The notes beneath the pieces were generated by a model. The model was given only the letters and a program-made list of their open reading frames with translations. It was not told where the DNA came from and searched no databases. The translations under genes and the position numbers were made by a program. A DNA stretch of 64,000 nt from Eledone cirrhosa (lineage: Eukaryota), in contig OZ024740.1 of NCBI GenBank assembly GCA_964016885.1, positions 190,216,001 through 190,280,000 of the forward strand, read 5' to 3'. Below are positions 41,281 to 54,933 of this stretch, piece by piece. The first letter of the stretch is position 1. The number at the start of each line of letters is the position of its first letter.

Positions 41281-42069
41281 TCACAATGAAGCAGATATCG
41301 CTGTGCACGCAGCGATCCAGCCCCTAAAAGCGGGCCCGAAGCCGGCCGCCTTGATGACCGCAGCCAAGTACCGATGTTCAACCCTATCAAATGCTTTAGA
41401 TTGATCCAAGTTGATCAGGGCCTCACCCATGCCCGGTTCCTTAATCACCCTCTCTAATCTATATCTCATGTGATGGAGGTTGTCGTGGATGGATCTGTCC
41501 GGAATAGCGCATATCTGCGCCTCTCCCACCAGATCACCGACGACAATCGCCAATCTCTTTGCTAACACATTGGCTAACATCTTAAACTCTGCGTTTAGCA
41601 GAGTTATGGGCCTGAAGTTGTCTATAACGTCCCCATTATTCGGGTCTTTTCTCAGCACCGCAACCACTCCCCGGCTCACAAAACTGAGAATGCTCCAATT
41701 CTGCTGGGAGTTGTAGTAGATATCTGCCAAAATGTTGCCGAACAAGTCTGGCATATACGCATAAAGTTCGTAGAGCAGACCATTCAAACCTGGCGATTTA
41801 CTCCTCGTGCAATCAGACATCACTTCTCGTATTTCACCTGCTATCTCGGGTATTTCGCAGCCCCGCGCTGCGGTTGTCGGGAGCCGCAGCTGTCCGTCGA
41901 AGTATGCACCGAAGTTGATACTCCGATCCGGCCCGTCGCCGCTCCCGAAAAATTGAGCAAAGTGCTGTTGAAAAGCCGCACATATCTGCTCGGTTTCGAG
42001 CAACATGCGCCCGTTTTGATCAGGCAAAGAGGGAATTGTGGACGTGTTGCCATGTCGCGCATCCACCAC
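41281..42069 (-). pseudogene. LINE reverse transcriptase fragment
   Basis: Non-LTR RT motifs with frameshifts on both sides. Confidence 0.9.
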
Positions 42070-42237
42070 CCGGGCCTATTGAACGGCTTTCGTCCCCACG
42101 TGTCTTAGAGAACGCGCTCTAGCTCTGACAACGCAGCCTTCATGCTTTGCGTTGAAGAATTGGTCGAGTGCCAATCTCGCAGCAAGCACGTTGGTTGAGA
42201 TGCCTGTCGTAAACGCCTCTTCAAGTTTTCTAACTAA

Positions 42238-43198
42238 CTATCCGTCTATTCTATTTTCCTCTATCACTACTCTTTTGCCAAACCTTATCGATTCTACTCT
42301 AATAGACCTTTTCAGGGTAAACCACCACCTGTTTTTGACGATCGCACCCGTCAATGCACGCTTATCTAATTCGCTAATCCGGTCTCTGTAAGCTTTGCGC
42401 GCCGGGAACGACGCGTTCAGCTTCCAGTAGCCGGGCCCATGCCTATGGAGTCTATCTAAGTCAACTTCGCAGATCGCAAATTTGTGGTCCGTGTAGTCGA
42501 CTACATTAAATTGTGGACAACCTATACTAGCCGTATCTGTTTCCCTACAGAATACCCTATCTAAATACGATCTGGATGACCCGATGCGGTTTGCCCATAC
42601 ACATTGGCACATGCGGATAATCCAGTCTATACCTGTCAGACAGTTCAAAACGTCTGAGCAGGTTGTTGTGGGTTTTACACTCTCCTGCCTTGTCTACTAG
42701 CCTCGAAAAATCCCAGCGTGCATCTAAGACACCGTTCCAGTCGCCCACTAACACTAAAGTGCGGTACGTTCCAAGAAAGGTCTCTAGATGTCTGACGAAA
42801 TCTGGGTGTTCTGCCCCTGTTTGGGCGTAGACGGCTACTAGCCTGAAAGCATTACCTTCGCAGCTGGCCACGTCCCGCATCACCAACTTACATTCTGTGT
42901 CTAGGAAGTTGGCCCGTATGGCGAGATCCAAGCCTCTCCGAAAAAGCACAGCAACCCTTCTCCCCGATGCTGGACGGCTGGGAGATGCGTATAGATCGTA
43001 GCCGCCGAAGATCAGTGCGGAGGCTCGTGCTTCAGATATTCTATTCTCATTGATGGCCACCACATCTATGTTTAGTGACCTGAGGTCATTGAGCAGGTGA
43101 CCCTGCTTCCAAGATGACTCCAGGCAACGTACATGTATACTGCCTTTTCTAAGTACGGCCATGTTGGATGAAAAACGGGGTAAGTGAGAAACGATCAC
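42238..43198 (-). pseudogene. LINE AP endonuclease (frameshifted)
   Basis: LVGDWN, YLDRVF, YTDHK, GPGYWKLN motifs. Confidence 0.88.
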
Positions 43199-45195
43199 TT
43201 ACCTTGATCGTGTGGTGACGGGACAGTAGAACCGTCCTTTTGTCTGGTCATGGGTGTTTCCAAGAGGAAAGTTGGTGTCTATCCTCTTCGTAACCGACCC
43301 TCTGAAGTCTCCAACTGCGTAGGGGCATTTTTGTTTTAAAAGTTTGTAATGTTCTATTTTGATTTCAATGATGCTTACGTTTGTCGGGAGAGTTCTTCGT
43401 GTTGGCGGGGTGTAGGATTTTTTTTTTCTGTCATGTCTGTGTGCCTCTTTATATTTTGTATGAGTTCTTTATTTGCCATGTTTATGGCTGTGTACTATTT
43501 TGGGGAAGGGCCGACTTTCTTGCTAGGTTCTTGTTGTTGCAGTTTGGTCTGTGTGTTTTGATGTGTTTGCGATGTTGTTGATTTTGGTGATGCTGGTGGT
43601 GGTATGGTTTTGGTTGGTGGTGATGCTTGTGGTGGTGATAGTCATGGTGGCGGTGTTGCTGCAAGTCTCCTTGCAGCGTTTACCGCTCTGTGTCTGCCTT
43701 CGCTTTTGGAGGGTGAAGCTAAGGGATTTTTTGTTTTTTGTTTTTTTGTGGCAGACGGTTTGCCACTTCCCTCCCGCCTCACACTCCATGTCGGAGCCTG
43801 TGGCGTCCGGGAGGGGCATGAGCTCCACTACTGTTGGTGGTGGTTATGGAGCCCGCTCCGGCGATTTTACCGCCGGTGTAGCTACTGCGACTGTTGGTGT
43901 TGCCCCCACTTCTACCGTTTCTTTAGTTGTCCGTGGTCTTGGTATGGGTGCCACGGACGTTGCCCTCCTACTCACCATGGAAGGGTATTCTGCCTCTGTT
44001 GCCTGCCCTGCTCTTGGTAGCAGCAAATAAGGCTTCGGAAGGATGGGGCCCACTTCTTGGCTGTCTTCTGCGGGCAAAAGGCCCTGAGGTGACACTTCTG
44101 CCCACAAAGATAGCACTTTGGGCGCCTTCCTCCCACACTTATAGGGAGTTGGAGCCCTTCTTCGAGGTCTATGATGTCTGGGATGGCCTCGATGCAATCC
44201 TGGTTCGTCTGTATTAGCATTTTCATGCCTATTCCTGAGCAGTTCTCTCTTCCCATTATCTGTATTTGCAGTATGGTGGTCTTATCCTCGATTCCAGCCA
44301 CTACAGGCGCGGCCAGCCAAGGTATGGCCACTTAGGCTGGGACCTGGGTCACTTTGGCCCTCACAATTTTCTGCCCGCAGTAGGAGGGCACCAATACTAT
44401 CTCCTCGCTCGTTAGGGTTTCCAAAGTGTGTGACTTCGCCTCTTGGAGGTGGCGAAAATACGTCTACTGTGGCCTACTTTTTGCCTCGGGTGATGTTGGT
44501 CTTGCGCGCCCAGACGCACCCCAAGGCCTTTTGGATTTGAGCCTCTAATCGCTCTCTCCACCCTATGTGACATTTTGCTTACGGTGCGGTAAGTTACCGT
44601 GCGTCGCTGCTGGTCAGGGAAACTCTATTGTCGTTTCTCGACACCATGGCTCTTGTGACTGCCATCTCCTCCTCCGTGACTAGCACTGTCTCTATATTTT
44701 GGGCCTCACCTGCCAAAGAAGTGGCCCCTTTTTCAGCGGCACCATTATTGCTGCCGCTACTGCTGCTACTGGTCGTGTTGTTGGTGCTGTTGCTGTTGCT
44801 ACCGCTACAAATGGTGTTGTTGGTGTTGTTGCTGTTATCACGGTTGTAGTTGGTTGTGTTTTTGGGACCACCGTTGTTGTTGTTCTCGGTGCAATTTGTA
44901 TTGCTGCTGTGGGTGGTGTCGTTGTTTATTTTCTTGTTAATGGTGTTAATATCGTTGTTGTATTTGTTGTAATTTATTTTCTGTTGTCTGTATTTTTCTT
45001 TTCAGTTGTCTAATTTTTAAATATAAAATGTTCAAATATTTGTGCCAAAAGGCCCAAATATTATTCTTTCCCCTTGACAGGGCAAAGTCCAAAGGCTTAC
45101 ACTCCTTACACAACAAGAAAGATTTAACAACAAATAATTATAACAGATAAATAAAGAGACTTACGACAGCGAGCAAAAAGACGTCCGTTCAGACC

Positions 45196-45440
45196 AATAA
45201 TAATAATAATAATATTAAGAAGAAGAAGAATTGTTTCTACTTGCGTCAACAGGTCAGTAATTTGCGGGGCGGGGTGGAAAGTCGATTAAATTGACCCCAG
45301 TATGTTACGGGTGCTTTATTTTATCTACCTCGTAAGGATGAAAGGCAAAGCTAACTTCGACGGCATTTGAACTAAGAAAGTAAAGGAAACTAACTAAATT
45401 ACAAAGCATGTGTTGCGACGCTCTACCGATAATGCCAATA
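45196..45440 (-). mobile_element. Meta-like SINE whose (AAT)n tail abuts the LINE 5' end
   Basis: aattgtttctactt...ttttatctacctcgtaaggatgaaaggcaaag...tttgaactaag. Confidence 0.65.
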
Positions 45441-47294
45441 ATAATATTACGTAGAATCAATAATTGTTCATTAATAAATATTTATCAGTTTCAATAGAAT
45501 AGGAATATCTAAAATGTAAAAAATAAACAATATAGATAAAATGTGAATATATGTCTTGTAATTCTATTACTAATTTATTCATATATATTTTATGAATCAT
45601 TTTGTTTTCCTTAATGTGTTAATTATGCCATTATAATACAAAAGATCTATTTTAAAAGTAATCATGATCAAGATATTTTAAACCTATATTCAAACTATAT
45701 TAGCATCTATATCATACTAAAATTAGACATGCATGTTACACATGCTTTCAATACCATAATAAAACACAGCAAACAATAGAATTCGTTATCACGATAACAT
45801 TTTTAGTAATAGATATGTGACGATTCTTATTTTCAAAATACCCACACACGTACTCATAGGAATGTATTACAATAATTGTATGCGTTGTATATATTGATAA
45901 TATGCATATAATCATACATAAAATTACCCATTCTACGAAATATTATACGCTAATATGAAATGTGACACGACCGCAGTGTAGTTCTAATACATAATAGGAT
46001 ATTATGTATATACCGTAGTAAAAGAGGTTTCATAATTGCACTAATTAGTTTCTGTAGATATATATAAAAGGAAAATGAGAGAACATTTTTATAATACTTT
46101 AGCTTCTAAAATGCTCAATACGGATGGATAAATACTTCTATTTGGGTGTAAATTGCTACAAACGGAATTAACATAAATCAAATTCCGGAGCTAATAAAAA
46201 TCGATTAATGCAAATAATTTAAACTAGCATTCATACATCATTCTAAACATAGACATTATGTACCTAGCACTAACGGATTAATCGTTTATATATATATTTC
46301 TTTAGCAGATTTCCGGTATTAATATGCCACATTTATTCAAAGATCCGTAATAGTAGGCCGTTCATTATAGAGTAATATCGAATGCTATTGCGAATACAGG
46401 TTTATATTTCACAGAAGAGTTTGTGGTTAATTCTAGCAAGGATTCAATCTTGATTGATGAAATAAATAGACTGGGATGAATAGTTTTTATCCTTTTATGC
46501 AACACGACGTATTTACATCTAATTTTCTAAATTTGAAATATAAATTTGAAATTTTAAAGTGGTAATATGATCATGTAAGGAATACTCCCTTCTAGGTTAG
46601 AATGGAGCAGACATCCAAAGCTAAAACATACTTTTGTTTTTAGTCTGTCTTTTCCACCCATATTTGCCTCGGAAATGTTACCTTTTACTCAATTTTTATG
46701 TATGAAGTAATCACGAAATATATTGTCATGGACATACGTATAACGGTTCAATTAATAAATGGCTCTTACATCTACAATTTCGCATTTGCCTCTTTGTAAA
46801 TAACCCTTGTTTTAAAGAAGTAATATGACATCCAGTGTTTGAAGTGAATTGCATCATTGAATACTGAATATATATATATTTGAACGCAGAAAATAATTAT
46901 AACAGTCAACCAGTATAGATATTAACATTAGAAAATTACCTGAAATAACCTTATGGATAGGGAATTCTGGCCACCTACTGCTACGGAGAATAGAACACCG
47001 TATTTATCGAATAAAAGCCGTGTACTTTAACTATTGTATATAGATATATAGGGTGGGCTAAATGTCACTTTTGACATATTTTTATAAGGCATTGTAAATT
47101 AACTAAAAATGAATTATTCATGTAGAGTGTATTCTCCTATGATTGGATCTTGATTTTTTAATACTTTAATCAGAAACAAAAAATAATATGATATGTTAAT
47201 ATTAAAAAGAAAATTTTGTATTTATTATATATATATATATATCAAGAAAGAAGAGTGACACGGTTTGCTATACAATAATGGCTTTAATCACATT

Positions 47295-47400
47295 GCTAAC
47301 AATTGTTTCTCTGAATTGGTAGGTCTAGAGATCGCTACCCGCCTGTTTCTGCGTCAATCGATCACCAATACATAGTTATAAACAATCAATTCATCAGAGC
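47295..47400 (-). ncRNA. Hammerhead ribozyme with extended stem II
   Basis: Inverted copy of 49989-50094. Confidence 0.6.
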
Positions 47401-49988
47401 TTGCGTGAATGAAGGGGATACCCAGGCATGGCTTCTATATATAGCAGTGGCATTAAATCAGAACAATAACAACAATACTAACAATGCTAGCAGTAAATTA
47501 GTTGACATAATCACAACATCAAACTAAGTAAGACATAGAGGATATGACTTCAGGATGTAAAACGAGCTGATATGAGGCAGCTGTATGAAATTGACATGTA
47601 AAAGCTGTCATGGGGTGTATTATATTTAGTGTAGAGATAAGCCGGGGCTTTACATAATGTACCATTCCTTTACCGTAGGGTTGCTGACCGTAATTATTAT
47701 TTATTATCTGACAGATAAAATATTTTCATTGTAGTGAGGATAGTAAGTTTTATGTGGTGTAAAGCGGATTCAATATTTAAGTGGTCTATATTAGATGAAG
47801 GCATTTTTAGTTGGAATCATGGAGATGTTTAGCTTTCAAATCATCAATAACATGCATGTATAAGATAACACTTACAGAGTAGCAATCTAATAGGTAAGTT
47901 AATACAGAGGTTAAGGAAGCAAAGTATATATATAGAGAGAAAACATGCTGACTAAAATTATAACAACAGGAGGAAGGTGATGTTTTACGGACTGTGTTAG
48001 TATTCTAATAATGTACTTGGATTTAGATTCATCTGATGAGAATCAAGGGTGATAAGTTGTGTGGACAGCAGCTGAGAAGAGATATATTTATGGGTTGATA
48101 AGATATTTGCAGACATTACTGTGGTATAGAATTAAGGAGGCTAGAAGCTGCTTAAAGAATATTATAGTTCTGTGGTGGTCAGTGTGAGAGTGTGGATTTC
48201 ATATGTTGAATGCTAAGTTATGTTGTTTCGATTCACGGTGGCTTAAATCTTGTGAATTTAGTAGCGATCCTGTGTCTGCTGAAAGTCACCTTTCTATCTT
48301 CTTGTTGTGTAGCCTTTTTTCATTCCTAAGGATGCACAGTAATTCAAGGTCGCAGAGCCTACAATAGGACATACCGGTACTATATGCCCTTGCGGATGAC
48401 AACCCCGACGAGTTGATATTGTAGTTGATGTTATTGTCCTTAAGTTCCCTGATTCTTTGGGCGAGGGTTATGGAACCTATTAGTGCACTGTTCTTCATCG
48501 AATGCCTGTGCACATACCATCTTTTTTTTAAAGTACCCGCGGTGGATCTAATATAATGCCAAGTGGAGTTTCCCGAGTTTACCGTACACATGTACACTAG
48601 GCTCGAATCAAGGCATCTGTTCGCCAATGGGCACCTATCTGGTAGGTGACAATTGCAGTTTAAGGTGTTATTCCGTGCATCTTCCACACTGCTGTTTTGT
48701 ACACTGCTATAAGTTGGTTGTGATTCGTGCCCATTGAGGTTTTGCTGCGCGTGCTTGTATGTGTTTGCGGTTGTGATACTGTGATGTGTTTATGTTTAGA
48801 ATATGGTGCTATGTTGCGCATAGGTGGGGCGGTTTCTTTAGAGCTATTTCTGTTGTTGATCTTGCGCATGTGGAATTCTATATTTGCAGCCGTAGCGTAT
48901 GAGAGTTTTATAGTTTTTTCTATTGGGGATTTTATGATACCTATGTGATATAGGGAAGTGTTTATCTATTAGTTTAAAGGACGTAGAAGGCAGTCTAGTT
49001 TTAACAGATGAGTTGAAGATTGGAATGAACCACAGGTATTTTCTTTCTCTAATTTTTCTCTTGTTTCCAGGGTTTACATAATTGATGTTTGGACCACTTA
49101 CACTAGGTGCAACGTGCCTAACTCTATGTCTAGTCCTGTTACTTATATATTTGTGTGAGCGGCTGGTGTCAGTGTTAGTAGGTTTGTTTGAGTTATCCTT
49201 ATCCACCACAGAACTATAATATTCTTCAAGCAGCTTCTAACCTCCTTAATTCTATACCACAGTAATGTCTACAAAAATCTTATCAACCCATAAATATATC
49301 TCTTCTCAGCTGCTGTCAACACAACTTCATCACCCTTGATTCTCAACAGATGAACCTAAATCCAAATACATTATTAGGATACTAACACAGTCCGTAAAAC
49401 ATCACCTTCCTCCTGTTGTTATAATTGTAGTCAGCATGTTTTCTCTCTCTATATATATATATTGCTTCCTTAACCTCTGTATTAACTTACCTATTATATT
49501 GCTACTCTGTTAGTGTTATCTTATACATGTATGTTATTGACGATGTGAAAGCTAAACATCCCCATGATTTGAACTAACAAACCCTTCATCTAATATAGAC
49601 CACTTAAATAGTGAATCCGTTTTACATCACATAAAACTTTCTATCCTCACTACAATGAAGATACTTTATCTGTCAGATAATAAATAATTATTAGGGTCAC
49701 CAGACCTACGGTAAAGGAAATGACATATTGTTTAAAGCCCCGGCCTATCTCTACACTATATATAATACACCCCATGACAGCTTTTACATGCCAATTTCAT
49801 ACATCTGGCTCATATCAGCTCGTTTTACATGCTAAAGTCATAAGTACACTCTATGTATTACTTAGATTGATGTTGTGATTACTTCAACTAATTTACTACT
49901 AGCATTGTTAGTATTGTTGTTATTGTTCTGATTTAATGCCACTACTATATATAGAAGCCATGCCTGTGTATTCCCTTCATTCTCGCAA

Positions 49989-50094
49989 GCTCTGATGAAT
50001 TGACTGGTTATAACTATGTATTGGTGATCGATGGACGCAGAAACAGGCGGGTAGCGATCGCTAGACCTACCAGTTCAGAGAAACAATTGTTAGC
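49989..50094 (+). ncRNA. Hammerhead ribozyme with extended stem II
   Basis: gct CTGATGA attgactggt...accagttcaga GAAAC AATT GT T agc. Confidence 0.7.
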
Positions 50095-50379
50095 AATGTG
50101 ATTAAAGCCCTTATTGTATAGCAAACCGTATCACTCTTCTTTCTTGTTTTATCATTACTCCAAGTGTAAACAACATATAAATTACCGCGTACTTGCAGCA
50201 TCACTATGGAAACGCCTTGTTGAGTCAAACTTAGCCAATCGTTGATAATATCCACTACTCGTAGTACCCTAACTGGACTGCATGCCTGGACAATATGTAA
50301 AGAAAATAAACCGAATACTCTGATGGCTGGATGACCTTTAAGATTTCCCTCGATGAAGCAGGGAAAAATGCAGGTTTTC

Positions 50380-51063
50380 ACCTAATGCGGGCCCTAGGGG
50401 ATCAAGACAAATATTGTTTTTAAATTGCATAATATGCCTTAAAATTTCTGGAAAATCGGTTAGACGTAACGCCTCCATAAAAAAGTTGGATTTTCTTTGT
50501 TCACAGTATGAAGAAGAGACTGACTAATACATAGTTACAATTTCAAGGAAATCGGTCTGACGTAACGCCGCAAAACAAGCCTAAAAAGCCTAACAAAACA
50601 GTTTTTTTACCTAATGGTTGAATTTGTTTATGGTTGAATTTGTTTATGTGCATAACACTCTCTAAAACATAAGTAATAAACATGTAAAGTTTGAAAAAAA
50701 TCGGTTTGGTACTTCTCGAGTTTTAGGCATTGAAACTCACAGACACACACACAGAGACAGACATCCTCATGGAAGTGACGTAATGCAGACAGCTAAACAT
50801 ACAGACATATATTGTAAAGGCGCGACGTTATACGTATGTATCTATCTAAAAAGAGAAAGACTAAGAATTATAGAGATATATCCCTAAATCGCCTAATGTG
50901 GTCCCTAGGGCATTGGGAATTTGAAATCTTTTCTGCTCAGAACACTCCCTGAAACATACGTATTACATGTGTAAAGTTTGAAAACAGTCGGTTGGGTGGT
51001 TTTTGAGCTTTAGGGATTCAAACTCACACACACACAGACATCCTCAGTTATATATATATAGAT
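50380..51063 (+). mobile_element. Helitron/HINE-like non-autonomous repeat with internal sub-repeats
   Basis: Repeated aagtttgaaaa..tcggtt..gag..aaactcaca(ca)n gacatcctc..tatatatagat and cctaatg.gg.ccctaggg; class assignment from recalled resemblance only. Confidence 0.35.
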
Positions 51064-51111
51064 AGTTCGAAGGTACTGTGCTGTTTTTTCAGTACGTCCT
51101 CGTCAGATAAA
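51063..51111 (-). ncRNA. Truncated hammerhead
   Basis: tttat CTGACGA ggac gtact...agtac cttc GAAc; the 3' part is lost. Similar architecture to 58352. Confidence 0.45.
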
Positions 51112-53567
51112 CCCTTCGGAGAAAGCCTATATAACAATGATATGAGAGATAGGTGGTTTTTAAAATGATAAAGTGGTAGGTATTCAGATTTAATCCAAAT
51201 CGTAGCAGTGAAGGCTGAGATTTGTTAATGGCCTTTATGTTGACGCTTACGTTTCTCTCGGTAATGGTGAGTTGGGAGTAGGCCGGATTCTTAGTTTGGC
51301 AGGAGGTACACTTGATATGCCCGTACGATAGTATCTTAGAATTTTTTATTTGTTTTTTGCTCTTCATTATTTGTTAGGTAATGTGCCCAATCAAGTAAGG
51401 TTCAGTATTTCATATTATAATTCATTACACTGCTATCTTGTTATTTTTCTGTGTGTCTGTTTATACTGAGTTTTCACGTGTGTTCAGTTTGATTTCATAC
51501 TCGTGTTTACCTTTAGATGCTCGTTGGGTAATATGCTTTATTGAGTAAAATTTACTGCTTTATGTCGTGTTTAATTTGTTCAATCTGTAATTATTGATAT
51601 TTTCTCCTGTTGTTGTGAACGTTGGATTGTAATTGTATATACTCGGCTATTTAATTCCTGGACTACTGTTTCCACTTCATTCTGTCGCCTCTCTGTTTGA
51701 TAAGTGGGATAGGGTTCCTATTAGATGAATGGATGTTTGCAATGTCTCGATTTATGTCAGTTTAATTTCTACAGTTGAAGGAGTGATCAGTTTCAGTGTG
51801 TGACTATATACGCGTCTGATTTTAGCAGCTGTATGTCGATGATAGTTTATAATAGTAGTTCTGGATACGTGGGAGTACTATGCCAATTATGTAATGGGGA
51901 TGTTGTCAGTGCTCAGATGTTTACAAAATGCTGAAAGCGAAGGTTATGTTGAGATTACATCTGTTACCACCTTAACTATTATTTTTGCGGGTTGGTTCTT
52001 GTGTGGCTGTTGTATTTACTTGTAGTCATAGTCATAGGAAAACGAATGTCAAGCACATATGACTTTTTATGCTATTTGTGGCCAAACTGAAAGTTTGCTG
52101 GTGATGCCGTGCTCTTCGTCACAGCTATAATGATCATAACATTTTTTTCAGTTTTAAACTCATTCTACACAACATCATAGTAACGTCAGATTGATGGTTG
52201 ACGTTTTGATTTCTAAATATCGTATAGGGCCAATTATTATATGACATCGTTATTTAATTTAGCCGGCCCTAGTATTTGATTGTTGGTTCTGTATCGACCA
52301 CTGAATATTAACTCAATACGACATAATCCATTGTAACTTGTCTTTTATTCAATAACGCATTAGATTCCAACTCCATCTTTAATCATGACCTATCGATTTA
52401 ATATTTCAAACCACTATTGTATATGAGGCGCTACGTGTGACTAACATATGTGATTATCCTGGGTAGAACGTCTTTGTTACAATGTTTTGTTTTTTCAATG
52501 AGGTCCACATAACTCTAGAGCTAAAACAAAGAAGATCAAGTTATACAATAATGCCATTTTAATTCATAAACGAGTACAAAATAAAGTGTCATTAATTCCA
52601 AATATAGTTCTTCTTTCATAATATGAAGCTACGTGGAAATTGTACGAAACAAATGTCATATAATTCTATCTCTGTTCATTGCCATTATACCACGTTTGAA
52701 TCTAAACTTCATGTGAATCACTAAATATATGGCCATAAGGCTGGTAGAATGACATAGAGAATTTAAAGTGCATCAATATGTATTGATATATCTTGGCTTT
52801 TGTTGTACACATTATGAAAGCTTTCACTCTTCCCTTCATCAATTACTCCGTTGGCAGAGAGTAAAATAAATTTTCATCAGGTTTGACCTATACATTCTAC
52901 CAGCTGACACAGTATTAGGGATGAATGTTACATCACCAAGGATATTGTTTAAACGATATAAATAATTTGTAGTTAAAAATTATATGACACACCGTATGTA
53001 GATATGAATAGTTATTTGAATTAATTCACTGTTTTAAAGTGTAAATGCTTATATCAGTGAGTATTTAATTTGGCTAATATCATAGAAGGAAAAACGTTTC
53101 AGACTGTTATCTAAATGGAATAATTTAAATACTATTGGGAAATAGAACAGAATATATGGTATGGGAAAAACACGAATGCATCTATAGGCATTGTTGAGAT
53201 TGTGCATCAGTGGATGAACAAATCAATATACAAAATAATGCTTAATGATCAATTAATAATGTTCAAACTTGATCTAGTGACATGCCTTTGAGCTAAATAT
53301 TTCAGTAGAAATCACTTTCTGTTACAAATAATGCATAGGAATTGAATCGAATATGTATTTAGACAAAGCTTCCGCAACAAATTCGTGATCACCCAGCGTC
53401 AAAAATTGTCCCATGGATGAGAACAACTTGCAACTGTTCTAATTAATGTTAACATTCATAACATTATAAAGGTTATTGGTCGATTGCAGTGTTGAAATCA
53501 GTTTTCTCAATAAGAAACGAAGGGGAATCCCTATATATATATATCTATATATCTATATATCTATCTA

Positions 53568-53720
<153 letters not shown>

Positions 53721-53740
53721 ATGTATATATATATACATAT

Positions 53741-54055
53741 AACAAAGAGGATGTGGTAAGATACCAGGTGGACCATAACGCACCAGAGTACTCAATACTT
53801 AGGGCATTAGAGTAGGAAATGGGAAAAAGATCAGGAAGCCTAGCCTAGTTCGGATCTAGCTGCGAAACGGCCAGAGCTCAGACGTCGGAGTCCTGACGCA
53901 TTCCTATTTCCCACTAAACTAACCTAAGTATCGAGTACTGTCGTGTGTTATGGTCCACCTGGTATCTTACCACCCTTCGACAGCTATATCCGAACTAAGA
54001 CACTAGCTGTCGAAACATCTGGAGCTCAGCCACCGCGCGTTCCTGGCTCTTTCCG
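53741..54055. mobile_element. Fold-back pLTR fragment related to 7991-8191, with HHR 3' halves
   Basis: gtggtaagataccaggtggaccataac is inverted at ~53947-53973; gcGAAAC ggccagagctcagac GTC at ~53864-53884. Confidence 0.65.
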
Positions 54056-54094
<39 letters not shown>

Positions 54095-54746
54095 ATTTCC
54101 TTTCTGAATTTGTTTAGCAAGATTCTTTATCTGAAAACATGTGTTGAAACCGATATTGTTATGCTTTGGGAGAGTCATGTTGCCAATAAGAAACACACGT
54201 ACAAGATGCTTTCACTCCAATTTATTATAAATTAAATTCATAAATTTAAGAATTTATAAATTTCCGGTTGGTTGGTTGGTTCCACAACCAGACGATTGTT
54301 CATATATTGTCAAAGTAGTTCTTTCGTCACACATTCTGTAACCTCAATAGAATGGAGGCCACGCAACTGGGATAAAAATCTGCAAATGGCCTGCATAAGC
54401 TCATGCAGCACTCGCGTAATGGAGAGATTGCATGCTTTCCAACAGACAAGTCTGGCAGAATGTCGGTTGACAGTCTGTCAAACTACATCCAGGCAATGCA
54501 ACCCTACATGACTAACGCAAGAGAAGTAACACCACAAGAGCATGAGGATAGGGAGGAAACACTCAATGCCCATATGATGATGTGGACAAACATAATGCAG
54601 CCCAACAAAAGGACTGCCAACAACATCCAGGCCTGGATCAATGACGTGCTAGCGTTGTATGGGTTTCGACATGACAATAAAACGAGCAGTGACCCTGTCA
54701 CAGGACCACCAACACGGCCAGTCTGTGGAGCTAACATTGTTAGTAA

Positions 54747-54933
54747 AAAGGTGGTGGACTGGCAGTATCGGTAGAGGGTCGGACGTCATGCTTTCCAGCA
54801 TAGTTACGTCCCTTTACGATCTGAGTTCAAATCCCGCCGAGGTTGACTTTGCCTTTCATCCTTACGAGGTCGATAAAATAAAGTACCAGTAATGCACTGG
54901 GTAATTGCTGGCCTTGTGCCTATAGTAGAAACA
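54747..54933 (+). mobile_element. Full-length tRNA-derived Meta-like SINE with 11-bp TSD, inserted in the PLE RT
   Basis: TSD attgttagtaa at 54736-54746 and 54934-54944; A/B boxes tggcagtatcggtag / gagttcaaatcc. Confidence 0.85.

Larger units (their letters stand above)
39620..45195 (-). mobile_element. Near full-length decayed L1-clade (Tx1-like) LINE
   Basis: ORF1 zinc knuckle CYLCGQKCHLRAFC (43972-44331); APE with GDWN, YLDRVF, TDH (42238-43198); RT with KSPGLNGL, FRPITLLN, LDQSKAFDRV (40800-42069); C-terminal CPRC..ETV....QCP. Confidence 0.9.
47243..50146 (-). mobile_element. Penelope-like element (Naiad-like): GIY-YIG remnant between ~935-bp inverted pLTRs
   Basis: 47243-48178 is inverted against 49203-50146. 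ORFs 48844-49209 (WFIPIFN, DKHFP..HRYHKI) and 48286-48687 (CNC..DRCPL, LVYMC, HYI, CRLC). Confidence 0.9.

Noticed and set aside
48032-48060. CTGATGAG in the left pLTR
   Set aside because: The other arm reads ctgttgag and no stem II/GAAA follows.
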